DNA from: Eubacteriales bacterium
GTDB lineage: Bacteria > Bacillota > Clostridia > Oscillospirales > CAG-272
DNA length: 64,000 nt
Direction of reading: 5' to 3'
Assembly: GCA_045655765.1 (NCBI GenBank)
Contig: JAZOQA010000059.1
Span: 1,544 to 65,543, forward strand
Shown: piece after piece, positions 43,189 through 53,097 of the stretch
Position numbering within the stretch: the first letter of the stretch is position 1
How the letters are laid out: every line of letters begins with the position of its first letter
The notes under the pieces: model-generated
Told to the model about the DNA's origin: nothing
The model's database searches: none
What the model saw: the letters and a program-made list of their open reading frames with translations, nothing else
Program-made: the position numbers and the translations under genes

Positions 43189-43255
43189 TGTTTTCCTCTT
43201 TTTTGGATTTATTTTGCCGTGAAATTTAACACGGGTGCCGTCTTTTTGAAATCAA

Positions 43256-43290
43256 AGTGCGAGGCGGAGCAGTATATGCCGCCTCGCACT
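43256..43290 (-). terminator. terminator after guaB
   Basis: AGTGCGAGGCGG-loop-CCGCCTCGCACT, a 12-bp GC-rich stem. Confidence 0.75.
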
Positions 43291-43309
43291 CAAAATGCAG
43301 ATAGGAGAG

Positions 43310-44815
43310 TTACTTTACGTTTGAGGTGCTTCTGAGCATAACGTCGTGGTATCCGCCCTCAACGATGCTCGTTGCTGAAACGAGAGTGATCTTCGCCTTT
43401 TCCTGAAGCTCGGGAATGGTGATTGCACCGCAGTTGCACATCGTGGACTTGACCTTGTAGAGCGATTTTTCAACATTGTCGTGGAGCGAGCCTGCGTAGG
43501 TTACGTAGGAATCAACACCCTCCTCGAAAGAAAGCTTCGCTTTTCCGCCGAGGTCGTATCTCTGCCAGTTGCGTGCTCTGTTGGAGCCCTCGCCCCAATA
43601 TTCCTTGACGTACTGACCGTTGACCATAATCTTCGGTGTGGGGGACTCGTCAAATCTTGCAAAATATCTGCCGAGCATCATAAAGTCAGCACCCATAGCA
43701 AGCGCAAGGGTCATATGATAGTCGTGGACAATACCGCCGTCTGAGCAGATGGGAATGTAAATTCCCGTTTTCTCGTAATACTCGTCACGTGCAGCCGCAA
43801 CCTCGATTACCGCACTTGCCTGACCTCTGCCTATACCCTTTGTCTCACGGGTGATGCATATAGAGCCGCCGCCGATACCGATTTTAATGAAGTCCGCACC
43901 CGCCTTTGCAAGGAACATAAAGCCCTCACGGTCAACAATGTTGCCTGCACCGATTTTTACGGAGTCGCCGTACTTTTCACGAACGAAATCAATGGTTCTC
44001 TTCTGCCATACGGTATAGCCCTCGGACGAGTCTATGCAAAGCACGTCAGCTCCTGCCTCAACAAGAGCGGGAATCCTTTGTTCATAGTCACGGGTATTGA
44101 TGCCTGCGCCGACGACGTAGCTCTTGTTCTTGTCAAGAAGCTCGGTGGGATTTTCCTTATGCTGGGAGTAGTCCTTGCGGAATACGAAATATTTAAGGTT
44201 GCCGTTCTTGTCTATAATGGGCAGGGAGTTGAGCTTGTTGTCCCAGATGATGTCGTTTGCCTGCTTTAAGGTCGTACCCTCGGGAGCGGTAACGAGCTTG
44301 GAGAGGGGGGTCATAAAGGATGAGACCTTTTCTTCTCCGCTCATACGGCTGACACGGTAATCTCTGCCTGTAACGATGCCGAGCAGCTTGCCTGTTGCGG
44401 TGCCGTCATCGGTGACTGCCATAGTGCTGTGTCCGTTCTTTTCAGCAAGATTAAGCACGTCCTCAAGGGTGTTGTCAACGGTGAGGTTGGAGTCGCTTAC
44501 GACAAAGCCTGCTTTGTAGTTCTTGACTCTTGCAACCATCGCTGCCTCGTCCTCGATGGACTGGTTGCCGTAAATAAAGGATATACCGCCCTCCTTTGCA
44601 AGTGCGATAGCCATATTGTCATCGGAGACTGACTGCATAATTGCACTGGTCATAGGAATGTTCAAGGACAGAGGACACTCCTCCTCGCCCTTTCTGTACT
44701 TTACAAGCGGTGTTTTGAGCGAAACATTTGCAGGAATGCATCTCTCGTCGGTATAACCCGGAATAAGAAGGTACTCGCTAAAGGTGTGCGAAGGCTCATT
44801 GAAGTAGGTTGCCAT
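43310..44815 (-). CDS. guaB: IMP dehydrogenase (with CBS pair)
   Basis: 501 aa. TIM-barrel IMPDH motifs ([12 protein letters not shown] catalytic loop, GADFMMLG) and an inserted CBS region. Confidence 0.82.
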   Translation of the reverse strand: MATYFNEPSHTFSEYLLIPGYTDERCIPANVSLKTPLVKYRKGEEECPLSLNIPMTSAIMQSVSDDNMAIALAKEGGISFIYGNQSIEDEAAMVARVKNYKAGFVVSDSNLTVDNTLEDVLNLAEKNGHSTMAVTDDGTATGKLLGIVTGRDYRVSRMSGEEKVSSFMTPLSKLVTAPEGTTLKQANDIIWDNKLNSLPIIDKNGNLKYFVFRKDYSQHKENPTELLDKNKSYVVGAGINTRDYEQRIPALVEAGADVLCIDSSEGYTVWQKRTIDFVREKYGDSVKIGAGNIVDREGFMFLAKAGADFIKIGIGGGSICITRETKGIGRGQASAVIEVAAARDEYYEKTGIYIPICSDGGIVHDYHMTLALAMGADFMMLGRYFARFDESPTPKIMVNGQYVKEYWGEGSNRARNWQRYDLGGKAKLSFEEGVDSYVTYAGSLHDNVEKSLYKVKSTMCNCGAITIPELQEKAKITLVSATSIVEGGYHDVMLRSTSNVK

Positions 44816-44905
44816 TTAAAAATCCTCGCTTTTTAAAAATTTAATTAGATATATTTTAGCACAGAGTCTTATTTATGTCAATAACCTTTTTTAACTTTTT
44901 TAAAA

Positions 44906-45559
44906 TTAAGGATTGTAGCTGTCAAGAATCTCGATCTTGGATATAACCGGCTGGCGGTGCTTGCTTGAGAGGGGTATTGTGCCGTTGTTGTTGCTGTCGG
45001 CATATTGAACCGCTCTGTCGGTGATTTTGTAGACCACGCTCATTCCGCTTACAACGTAGCCGAATGCGGCATAGTCACCGTCGAGGTGAGGTGCGTCCGC
45101 ATTGCAGATGAAGAATTGGCAGGAGGCGGAGTTTTTGTCGTTTCCACGTGCCATAGAGATGACGCCGGCTATGTGCTTTATATCATTCTTGTGTCCGTTG
45201 TTGTCAAACTCGCCGTATATAGTCTTGCCGGAATCTCCGCTGCCCGTTCCGTCAGGGCAGCCACCTTGAATCATAAAGTCCTCGATAATTCTGTGGAACG
45301 TAAGCCCGTTATAGAAGCCTTGATTTACAAGATTTTTGAAGTTTTCTACGGTCACGGGTGCTGTCGTTGCATCAAGGAGAACGACGATTTCGCCAAACTC
45401 ACGCACGGTGATTTTTGCATAGCTTATATCTCTACCCTCGGTGCTTCTGGATTCGTAGTACTCACAATAGTCCTTTTCCTCTTCGCCGCAGGATGCAAGC
45501 GTCGCTGTGCACGCCGCAAGAGCAAGAATTATGCATAAAAGCTTTTTGAGTGTTTTCAT
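44906..45559 (-). CDS. cyclophilin-type peptidyl-prolyl isomerase lipoprotein
   Basis: Lipobox LASCGEE. Cyclophilin core FHRIIEDFMIQGG, SMAR, QFFI. Confidence 0.85.
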   Translation of the reverse strand: MKTLKKLLCIILALAACTATLASCGEEEKDYCEYYESRSTEGRDISYAKITVREFGEIVVLLDATTAPVTVENFKNLVNQGFYNGLTFHRIIEDFMIQGGCPDGTGSGDSGKTIYGEFDNNGHKNDIKHIAGVISMARGNDKNSASCQFFICNADAPHLDGDYAAFGYVVSGMSVVYKITDRAVQYADSNNNGTIPLSSKHRQPVISKIEILDSYNP

Positions 45560-45609
45560 TTTTTATATATCCCTTCTTTTTTTAGCTCGTTTAAATTATT
45601 AGGTAAAAA

Positions 45610-46566
45610 TCACTCGACAACCTCGATTTTTTCTATAACGGGCTGAAGAGCCTCGTAAATGACAAGTCCGTTTTGACCCGTATATCCCGAAACGACGGCG
45701 GTAATTTTCTCGACGGTGCTCATTCCCTCTATAACGTAGCCGAATGCGGCATAGCTCCCGTCGAGGTGGTGCGAGTCGGCATCGCAGATGAAGAATTGAC
45801 TTGATGCGGAATTTTTGTCATCTGAGCGTGCCATAGAAATTACGCCTCTTTTATGAAGAATGTCGTTCTCAAAGCCGTTTGATGAAAATTCGCCGACCAC
45901 CGTATTCCCCGAGCCGCCGGAGCCGTTTGCATTAGGACATCCGCCTTGAATCATAAAGTTGTCTATAATTCTGTGGAACGTAAGCCCGTTGTAGAATCCC
46001 GCCCTCACAAGCCTGACGAAGTTGTCCGTAGTTAGTGGGGCTGTCGTCCTGTCTAAAAGGAGCGTGATTTCGCCAAACTCACTTACGGTGATTTTAACCG
46101 TCACAGTTTGATGATCAGAGGTGTCACGGGTGTCCTTGTAAATGCAATAATCGGGCATCGGGTCGAGGTAAAGCTCCTCGCTCTGAAGAAAATCCATAAT
46201 GCTTCCGTCGCCCAAAAGCAAGACCGTGTCAATTACTCTTATTTTGTATCTGCCAAGGTCGCTCCCCTCAAGCTTTGCCGCATAGGTGCTTGCCGCAGAG
46301 CTGCTTGTGAGCTGATAGGCATAAACGCAAAAGCCGTCCGTGTCCGTAAGAGCAAATGCGGAAACGACGCCGTCCGCCGCCATATCACGAAGCTCCTCCT
46401 CGTTTGGCTCGGTGAAGAAGTATTTGCTTGTTCTGCCGTTATAAACGGCGGCGGCACGCCAGCCGTAATAGGGAGTTGGCTTCGCACCCTCATCGTCTGC
46501 ACCGCAGGCAAAGAGGCAAGGGAGGGTCATAACAAGGAGAAGAAAAAAAGCCGTGATTCTTTTCAT
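45610..46566 (-). CDS. cyclophilin-type peptidyl-prolyl isomerase lipoprotein with extra N-terminal domain of about 140 aa
   Basis: Lipobox LFACGAD. C-terminal half is paralogous to the neighbouring PPIase (FHRIIDNFMIQGG). Confidence 0.8.
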   Translation of the reverse strand: MKRITAFFLLLVMTLPCLFACGADDEGAKPTPYYGWRAAAVYNGRTSKYFFTEPNEEELRDMAADGVVSAFALTDTDGFCVYAYQLTSSSAASTYAAKLEGSDLGRYKIRVIDTVLLLGDGSIMDFLQSEELYLDPMPDYCIYKDTRDTSDHQTVTVKITVSEFGEITLLLDRTTAPLTTDNFVRLVRAGFYNGLTFHRIIDNFMIQGGCPNANGSGGSGNTVVGEFSSNGFENDILHKRGVISMARSDDKNSASSQFFICDADSHHLDGSYAAFGYVIEGMSTVEKITAVVSGYTGQNGLVIYEALQPVIEKIEVVE

Positions 46567-46689
46567 TTTCTAAATATCTCCATTCCGTCGCCAAAAAGAG
46601 AGACGACCGCACAAATCTTCAATATAATTTCATAATTTCGGCACCGTGCTATGCACGACTGCGGGGGAGAAGGCTCTGAATCAATTCTT

Positions 46690-47709
46690 TTATACGTATT
46701 GACAAATTATAAATTCGATCAGCTTATATCCGCCAATACCGCCGAATTTTGATGCCGCATCAAGCCTTGCAAGCTCGCTTACAATGTGGGAGAGCGACTC
46801 TTTTCCGTACCTCTTTGCTCCTGCAAGGCACATTTTCGCTCTGAAGCCCTTTATACCGAGGAGCTCTTCAATTTTCGCCGTGTCGGTGCCGTCGGAGAGC
46901 ATTGCGGTGTTTAAAAGCTCGGTAAAGCTGCGTTCTATCATTGCAAGGATTATGTTTGGGTCGATGCGTCGGAATTTCAAGTCCTCAAGTGCCAAAAAGG
47001 CCGCTGCACGGTTCCTTGAGGAAAGTGCGTTTTGCAGAGCGAAGGCCTCACTCTCGGGTGTTGCCGAGCAGACCTCCTCCACGTCGGCAGGGGTGATTTT
47101 TTCTTGCCCTCTTGTTTTTGCAAGAGCGACAAGCTTGCTGACCTCGCCCGCAAGCACGTCCATAATCTTGCCCGAGCGAAGAAGCAGTGCGTTCAGCACC
47201 TCTATATCTACCAAAACGCCCTCTGCATCAAAATGCCTTTTCAGCCAGCCAAGCAGCTGTCTGTCGGTTGATTTTTTGAAATTGACTATGTTGAAGAGCT
47301 TTGAAAAGCGTCGCTCGAATTTCGTCGGATTTTTTCCGACCGAAAGGTCTGCACCGTCCGCCGCCGCTATGAAAATCAACACGGTGTCGGGGAAGTCGTC
47401 GTGTAGTGCCGCAAGCTCCTCAAGCTCCGAAAGCTCTTTTTCTTTCATTGAAGTAAAGTCGCAAAAACGCCACTCAACCACCTTGTATTCACTCATCAGG
47501 GCGGGTGAGGTAACAGCCTCTCTGAGCGCGGCAAAGTCCACGTCCTCACCGTCAAAGACGGTATAGCTGAAAACGTCGGGCGTCTCTCCAAGGGTCGCGC
47601 GGAGAAGCTGCTTTGCGTAGTATCTTTTTAAGTAGTCCTCCTCGCCGCAAAAAATATATCTGCCGACGGGATCCTTTTTAATTTTTTCGACAAGCTCGCC
47701 GACTTCCAT
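46690..47709 (-). CDS. holA: DNA polymerase III delta subunit
   Basis: 339 aa. Typical HolA N-terminus (YIFCGEEDYLKRYY) and length. Confidence 0.72.
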   Translation of the reverse strand: MEVGELVEKIKKDPVGRYIFCGEEDYLKRYYAKQLLRATLGETPDVFSYTVFDGEDVDFAALREAVTSPALMSEYKVVEWRFCDFTSMKEKELSELEELAALHDDFPDTVLIFIAAADGADLSVGKNPTKFERRFSKLFNIVNFKKSTDRQLLGWLKRHFDAEGVLVDIEVLNALLLRSGKIMDVLAGEVSKLVALAKTRGQEKITPADVEEVCSATPESEAFALQNALSSRNRAAAFLALEDLKFRRIDPNIILAMIERSFTELLNTAMLSDGTDTAKIEELLGIKGFRAKMCLAGAKRYGKESLSHIVSELARLDAASKFGGIGGYKLIEFIICQYV

Positions 47710-47746
47710 AAATCTGCCTCTTTTCCTTTCATAAGTGTGGAAAACT

Positions 47747-48169
47747 TTACACGGGTGCTACGCAAACGTGCATTTTGCACGTCTTTTTCGCTCCGCCGAG
47801 GGTCATTTTGTATTCAAGCTCCAAAGAACCGCCGAAAAAGGTGAGGCTGTTTTTCACTCTCGTTGCCTCAAGGGAAAGCTCGAATGCATAGGGAGGGATC
47901 CTGTAAAGTGATTTATGCTCCTTGCCCTTTGAAAAGAGCATATTGCTCTCTACTGCACCGGAGCGTATAAGACGCACGTCCTCGCCGTAAAGCTCAAGAC
48001 GGGTTTCGACCTCGGTGCCGTCCGCCTTCGTTTTATAGCAAATGGATTCTACGCCCCCCTTGCCCCACCTCATTGTGCCGACGGCACTCTCTGCCGTTTT
48101 TTCGGGAATGGGGTCGTCCTCGTTCAATACGGCGGATTCGACTGTGATGTTGATTTTTGTAAGTGACAT
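47747..48169 (-). CDS. DUF1934 (YwiB-like) beta-barrel protein
   Basis: 140 aa. Size and alternating beta-strand pattern resemble DUF1934. The assignment rests on resemblance only. Confidence 0.45.
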   Translation of the reverse strand: MSLTKINITVESAVLNEDDPIPEKTAESAVGTMRWGKGGVESICYKTKADGTEVETRLELYGEDVRLIRSGAVESNMLFSKGKEHKSLYRIPPYAFELSLEATRVKNSLTFFGGSLELEYKMTLGGAKKTCKMHVCVAPV

Positions 48170-48236
48170 ACAGAGCGGCTCCTTTTTTAAAGCACAAAAC
48201 GCCAGCCTTGAAAAACTGCCGTTTTGTGATAGTTAT

Positions 48237-48671
48237 TTAAGCCTTTTTACGCTTTTTGAGGTTGTATTCGCTCCTCGGGTTGACAAATTCACGCCAATTC
48301 AGGCTTCCGCTTTCAAGTGCGGTGACCAAAACCTCGGCTGAGGCGATGTTCGTAGCGAGGGGAATATTATATACGTCGCAAAGACGAAGCAGGTTCATTT
48401 CCGCCTCCGACGGCTCCTTTGCGGGGTCGGTGCTTCTGAAATAGAAAACCAAATCGATTTCATCATAGGAGACTCGGGAAGCAATCTGCTCCGTTCCGCC
48501 GAAATGTCCCGAGAGGTAGGTGTCTATTTCAAGCCCCGTCGCCTCGGAAATATATCTGCCGGTCGTGTGCGTTGCACAGAGATGATGGCGGCTGAGAATG
48601 CCGCAATAGGCTATACAGAACTGGGCCATAAGCTCTTTTTTATTGTCGTCGGCAATGATTGCAATTTCCAT
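48237..48671 (-). CDS. methylglyoxal synthase-like (MGS fold) protein, catalytic motifs substituted
   Basis: 144 aa and clearly MgsA-like (LCDVYNIPLATN). However, AHD is replaced by ADD, GGDQQ by GGTEQ, and PH(D/E)PD by PSEAE. Confidence 0.7.
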   Translation of the reverse strand: MEIAIIADDNKKELMAQFCIAYCGILSRHHLCATHTTGRYISEATGLEIDTYLSGHFGGTEQIASRVSYDEIDLVFYFRSTDPAKEPSEAEMNLLRLCDVYNIPLATNIASAEVLVTALESGSLNWREFVNPRSEYNLKKRKKA

Positions 48672-49054
48672 TGGTTCGCTCCTTTACAGTTTTTGTTTTT
48701 ATAAGCGGCAGCAACAAGACGGTGTAACGCTCGGACGATTTACCGAATCAAGCTCTGCAACGCATTGGATATTATTTTAATATGACACGCCGTAAAAATA
48801 ACGGCACTGACGAAAATATTATACCATAAGCTTCGGCTGTTTGTCAATGAAAAAAAGAGAATTCAACAAATATTACAAAGCTTTTCGTAAATATTTGACA
48901 AACAAGGACACTAATATGCGAAATTTTCAAAAAAAATTTAAAAATATTCATTTTAGCATTGTAAAATCCAAAAATATGTTGTATAATAATTCGGAAAGGT
49001 TTTTTCCTTAATAATATTTTATTTAAAGGTTAAGATACATAAGAGGTAACAAAA

Positions 49055-50119
49055 ATGAAAAAATTCAGAAGAATAGGTGTCCTCACCTCAGGCGGCGACG
49101 CCCCGGGTATGAATGCGGCAATCAGAGCCGTCACCCGTTCGGCAATAACTCACGGCGTTGAGGTGATGGGAATTTATAGAGGATACTCGGGTCTTATCGC
49201 AGGAGATATAAAGCAGCTCGGTCTTCGTGACGTTTCAAATATCATCAACAAGGGCGGAACGTTTCTTTACTCCGACCGCTGTCCCGAATTCAAAACGGAG
49301 CAAGGTATGGCAAAGGCTATTGAAACCTGCAAGAGGTTCGACATCGACGGCATTGTTGCCATCGGCGGTGACGGCACGTTCAGAGGTGCAACCGACCTCA
49401 CCGCAAGGGGAATTCCTTGTGTCGGTCTGCCCGGCACTATCGACAATGACATTACCTCTACGGACAACACCATAGGCTTTGACACTGCTATGAACACGGT
49501 TGTTGACCTTGTAGATAAGCTGCGTGACACCTGCGAGTCTCACGCAAGATGCAGCGTTGTTGAGGTTATGGGCAGAGGTGCGGGCGACATAGCTCTTATG
49601 ACGAGCATTGCATCCGGTGCATCGGCGGTAGTAATACCCGAAATAGAGGCAAACGACGATGAAATTTGCCTTAAAATAGAATCGGCAAGAAAGCTTGGAA
49701 AGCGTAATTTCATTGTTCTTGTCTCCGAGGGTGTCGGAAGCGAATACGGTCCCGCTCTTACGGAAAAGATAGAAAAGGCTACGGGTGTTGAATCCCGCTT
49801 CTCCCGCTTTGCACACATCGTAAGAGGCGGCAGCCCCACGCTTAAGGACAGAGTGATGGCGACCAAAATGGGTACCTTTGCGGTTGACAGGCTTCTTGAC
49901 GGTGAGTCAAATATTGTAATTTGTGAGAAGAACTCCGCCATTGTAGCCGTTGACATCAACTATGCCCTCGTGCTTGACAGAATGTATAAGGGCAAGCTGC
50001 AGGACGGCGACCTTGAGCCTTTTTCTGCCGATGAAATTGAGACTATGAAGGCTGAAATCGAGCAAAGACGTGCGTTTATAAAGACGATGTACGAGATTGC
50101 TTGCGAAGTAAATTTGTAA
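49055..50119 (+). CDS. pfkA: ATP-dependent 6-phosphofructokinase
   Basis: GVLTSGGDAPGMNAAIR, GGDGT and PGTIDND motifs. Gly at both positions that distinguish ATP-dependent from PPi-dependent enzymes. C-terminal extension of about 35 aa. Confidence 0.92.
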   Translation: MKKFRRIGVLTSGGDAPGMNAAIRAVTRSAITHGVEVMGIYRGYSGLIAGDIKQLGLRDVSNIINKGGTFLYSDRCPEFKTEQGMAKAIETCKRFDIDGIVAIGGDGTFRGATDLTARGIPCVGLPGTIDNDITSTDNTIGFDTAMNTVVDLVDKLRDTCESHARCSVVEVMGRGAGDIALMTSIASGASAVVIPEIEANDDEICLKIESARKLGKRNFIVLVSEGVGSEYGPALTEKIEKATGVESRFSRFAHIVRGGSPTLKDRVMATKMGTFAVDRLLDGESNIVICEKNSAIVAVDINYALVLDRMYKGKLQDGDLEPFSADEIETMKAEIEQRRAFIKTMYEIACEVNL

Positions 50120-50234
50120 TTAAAATCCCCTCGAAGTTCTACTGCTCCGAGGGGACGGCTTTTTAAAACGACCGCTTACAAAAAAGCACGGGTCTTCAGA
50201 TTTAAGCGCTCTTGACGGAGGGAGGTAGACCTTT

Positions 50235-51170
50235 TTGAAAACAATTAAATATAATCTTGGCGAAAAGTACGATACAAGAGAGTGCGTTGTTGCTCTCGGC
50301 TTTTTCGATGGGGTACACCTCGGTCACCGAGAGCTTTTGAAATTTACGGTGAGTGAGGCTCGCAGACTCGGCGTTGCCTCTGCGGTGTTCACATTTGCGT
50401 ACGGCGGCGGCATTAAGGCGGACTCGCCTAAAATTTATTCGGACAGAGAGCGTGAGGAGCTTTTTTCTTCTCTTGGAATAGACGTGTGCTTCGTCGCAGA
50501 TTTTGCGTCCTTATCAGGTGTTTGTGCCGAGGATTTTATAAGGCGGTGTATCAGAGAGGACATTGGTGCTGTGTGTGCTGTTGCGGGATATAATTTCCGC
50601 TTCGGTCAAGGGGGGCTTGGGGATGCATCGCAGCTTTCTCGACTTATGGAAGAGACTGGCGGCAGAGCAAGGATTTTCGAGCCGTTTTTGGCAGATGGAA
50701 GTCCTGTTTCCTCGACACGTGTACGTGCTTTGATGCAGGAGGGCAGAATAGAGGCGGCAAGCCGTCTGCTCGGAACACCGTATTTCCTCGTCGGCAGAGT
50801 TGAGCACGGCAGGGCTGACGGACGCACCCTTGGATTTCCCACTCTTAACGTATCCGTCTCGGAGCAAAGGTCTCACCTCAGACAGGGAGTATACCTTACG
50901 TCAGTCGAAATCGACGGAAAATTTTACACGGGTCTGACCAACGTGGGCGAATGCCCGAGCTTTGGCAGGCGGGAATATCATACGGAGACCTTTTTGCTCG
51001 ACTTCGACAAAGAGGTGTACGGAATGGAAACAAAAGTTTACTTTTTGAGCTTTCTTCGGGACGAGCAAAAGTTCTCCTCGCCCGAGGATTTTAAAAAACA
51101 AATAGAGAGGGACTGCGAGCTGGCACGAAAAAGGATTACAGAGTCCCCCTCGATAAGAGAATGGAGATAA
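50235..51170 (+). CDS. ribF: bifunctional riboflavin kinase / FMN adenylyltransferase
   Basis: 311 aa with TTG start behind GGAGGGAGG. GFFDGVHLGH and the C-terminal riboflavin kinase domain (GFPTLN). Confidence 0.88.
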   Translation: MKTIKYNLGEKYDTRECVVALGFFDGVHLGHRELLKFTVSEARRLGVASAVFTFAYGGGIKADSPKIYSDREREELFSSLGIDVCFVADFASLSGVCAEDFIRRCIREDIGAVCAVAGYNFRFGQGGLGDASQLSRLMEETGGRARIFEPFLADGSPVSSTRVRALMQEGRIEAASRLLGTPYFLVGRVEHGRADGRTLGFPTLNVSVSEQRSHLRQGVYLTSVEIDGKFYTGLTNVGECPSFGRREYHTETFLLDFDKEVYGMETKVYFLSFLRDEQKFSSPEDFKKQIERDCELARKRITESPSIREWR

Positions 51171-51172
51171 AA

Positions 51173-52090
51173 ATGGCAGGAAAATGGACAAAGCTGACAG
51201 TAAAGGCAAGCACCTCCGCCCTTGACGAGGTCTCGGCTGTTATGAGTATGCTCGACAACGGCTTGATGATTGAGGATTACAGTGACTTTTCGTTTTGCGG
51301 AATGTACGGTGAGCTTGTGGACGAGAGCATTCTTGAAGCTGACAAAAGCAGTGTAAAGGTCTCTATTTTCGTCCCCGAGGAAAGAAGCTTTCTCGAATAC
51401 CGCTCGTTTTTGCAGGAGCGTCTCGGCTCGCTCGGAATTGAACACGAGATTAGCATTGAGGGGCTGTCGGAGGACGATTGGGCAGATTCGTGGAAGCAAT
51501 ATTACAAGCCCGTGCCCCTTGGGCGTGTGACAGTCGTGCCGGCGTGGGAAAAATACACCCCTGCCGAGGGCGAGGTAATTATAAGAATGGACCCCGGTAT
51601 GGCGTTCGGCACGGGAACGCACGAGACGACGAGGCTCGTTATTCGCTTAATGCAGGACGAGGACCTCGCAGGCAAAAGGGTGCTTGACGTCGGAACAGGC
51701 TCGGGCATACTCTCGATTTGTGCATCTAAGCTCGGTGCTATGAGCTGCAACGCCTACGACATTGACCCGACTGCGGTTAAGGTTGCGCGGGACAACGCAA
51801 TATCCGACGGCTGCACCAATATCACCGTCGAGGTGAGTGATTTGCTCCGTGACGTAGACCTTGGGGGCGGAAAATACGATTTCTGCGTTGCAAATATCGT
51901 CTCCGACATAATTATCAGAATGATGCCCGACCTTGCGGATTACGTAAAGGCACACGCCCCTGTTATTCTCTCGGGCATAATTGATTCCCGAGCGGAAGAG
52001 GTGCGTGCGTGCGTCAAAAAATACGGCTACAAAATCGAAAAAGAGCTTTACGAAAACGATTGGGTAGGTATGCTTATCAGGCGTGCGTGA
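51173..52090 (+). CDS. prmA: ribosomal protein L11 methyltransferase
   Basis: SAM motif VLDVGTGSGIL. Start taken at the second ATG (51173), behind GGAGA. Confidence 0.88.
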   Translation: MAGKWTKLTVKASTSALDEVSAVMSMLDNGLMIEDYSDFSFCGMYGELVDESILEADKSSVKVSIFVPEERSFLEYRSFLQERLGSLGIEHEISIEGLSEDDWADSWKQYYKPVPLGRVTVVPAWEKYTPAEGEVIIRMDPGMAFGTGTHETTRLVIRLMQDEDLAGKRVLDVGTGSGILSICASKLGAMSCNAYDIDPTAVKVARDNAISDGCTNITVEVSDLLRDVDLGGGKYDFCVANIVSDIIIRMMPDLADYVKAHAPVILSGIIDSRAEEVRACVKKYGYKIEKELYENDWVGMLIRRA

Positions 52091-52124
52091 TATAAATTAA
52101 GGAAAACAGAAAGGCGGCGAGGGT

Positions 52125-52859
52125 ATGCCGAGATTTTTTGCAGATAAAAACAACGTCAAAGACGGCAAAATCCTTATTGTTGGTGATGATGCCTACCATA
52201 TTGCAAGAGCGCTGCGTATGGCGGAGGGGGACGCTCTGACGGTCGCCGACGGAGAGGGCAGGGAATATTCCTGTATCCTTACCCGCATACGTGACACGGA
52301 GTGCGAGTGCCGCATAGCCTCTGAGAGAGAAGCACGGACGGAGTCCCCCGTCAAGGTGACTCTTTTTATGGCGTATCCAAAGGGGGACAAGCTTGAAACC
52401 GTGATTCAAAAGGCGGTGGAGCTTGGAGCTCGGCGAATAGTTCCGTTTGAGTCCTCACGCTGTGTAAAGCGTCCGAGAGCAGACAGGGCGGACAAGCAGA
52501 CCGAGCGACTTTCAAGGATAGCCAAGGAGGCGGCAAAGCAGTGCGGCAGAGCAATGGTGCCCGAGGTTTCTTTGCCCGTTTCCTTTTCGGAAATGCTTGC
52601 TTTGGCAAGCGAGGCGGAGCTTGGACTCTTTTGCTTTGAGGGCGAGGAGCAAAAATCGCTGAAGTCGGCATTCGAGGAGCATAGGCACGTCGGGAGTATC
52701 GCTGTGGTTGTTGGCTGCGAGGGCGGCTTTTCTGATGAGGAGGCGTGCAAAATTTCCGAGGCAGGGCTTGTAAGCGTAACACTTGGAAAAAGAATACTCA
52801 GATGCGAGACGGCTCCGCTATACGTTTTGTCCGCAATTTCCTACTTTTTCGAGCTGTAA
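52125..52859 (+). CDS. rsmE: 16S rRNA (uracil1498-N3)-methyltransferase RsmE
   Basis: 244 aa. MPRFF N-terminus and the SPOUT C-terminus (GPEGGFS-like CEGGFSDEE, LGKRILRCETA). Confidence 0.85.
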   Translation: MPRFFADKNNVKDGKILIVGDDAYHIARALRMAEGDALTVADGEGREYSCILTRIRDTECECRIASEREARTESPVKVTLFMAYPKGDKLETVIQKAVELGARRIVPFESSRCVKRPRADRADKQTERLSRIAKEAAKQCGRAMVPEVSLPVSFSEMLALASEAELGLFCFEGEEQKSLKSAFEEHRHVGSIAVVVGCEGGFSDEEACKISEAGLVSVTLGKRILRCETAPLYVLSAISYFFEL

Positions 52860-53097
52860 AACCGCAGGTTTTGCAAAATGTTACAAAAAAAACGAATTTA
52901 TTTTGTGATTTTTAGAAAAAATTTCAAAAAAACTATTGAAAAATTACAAAAAATGAGTTAAAATATAGTACAGTATGAACAAAAGCGTTTGTTAATGTTG
53001 CATATACCCAAATTTATAAGACGTTTTTTTGCCGACCGCCCTCTGTTGCTCTCGGCTTTTTATAATGGTGAAAAAACGACTGGAAAGAGGACGTTTT

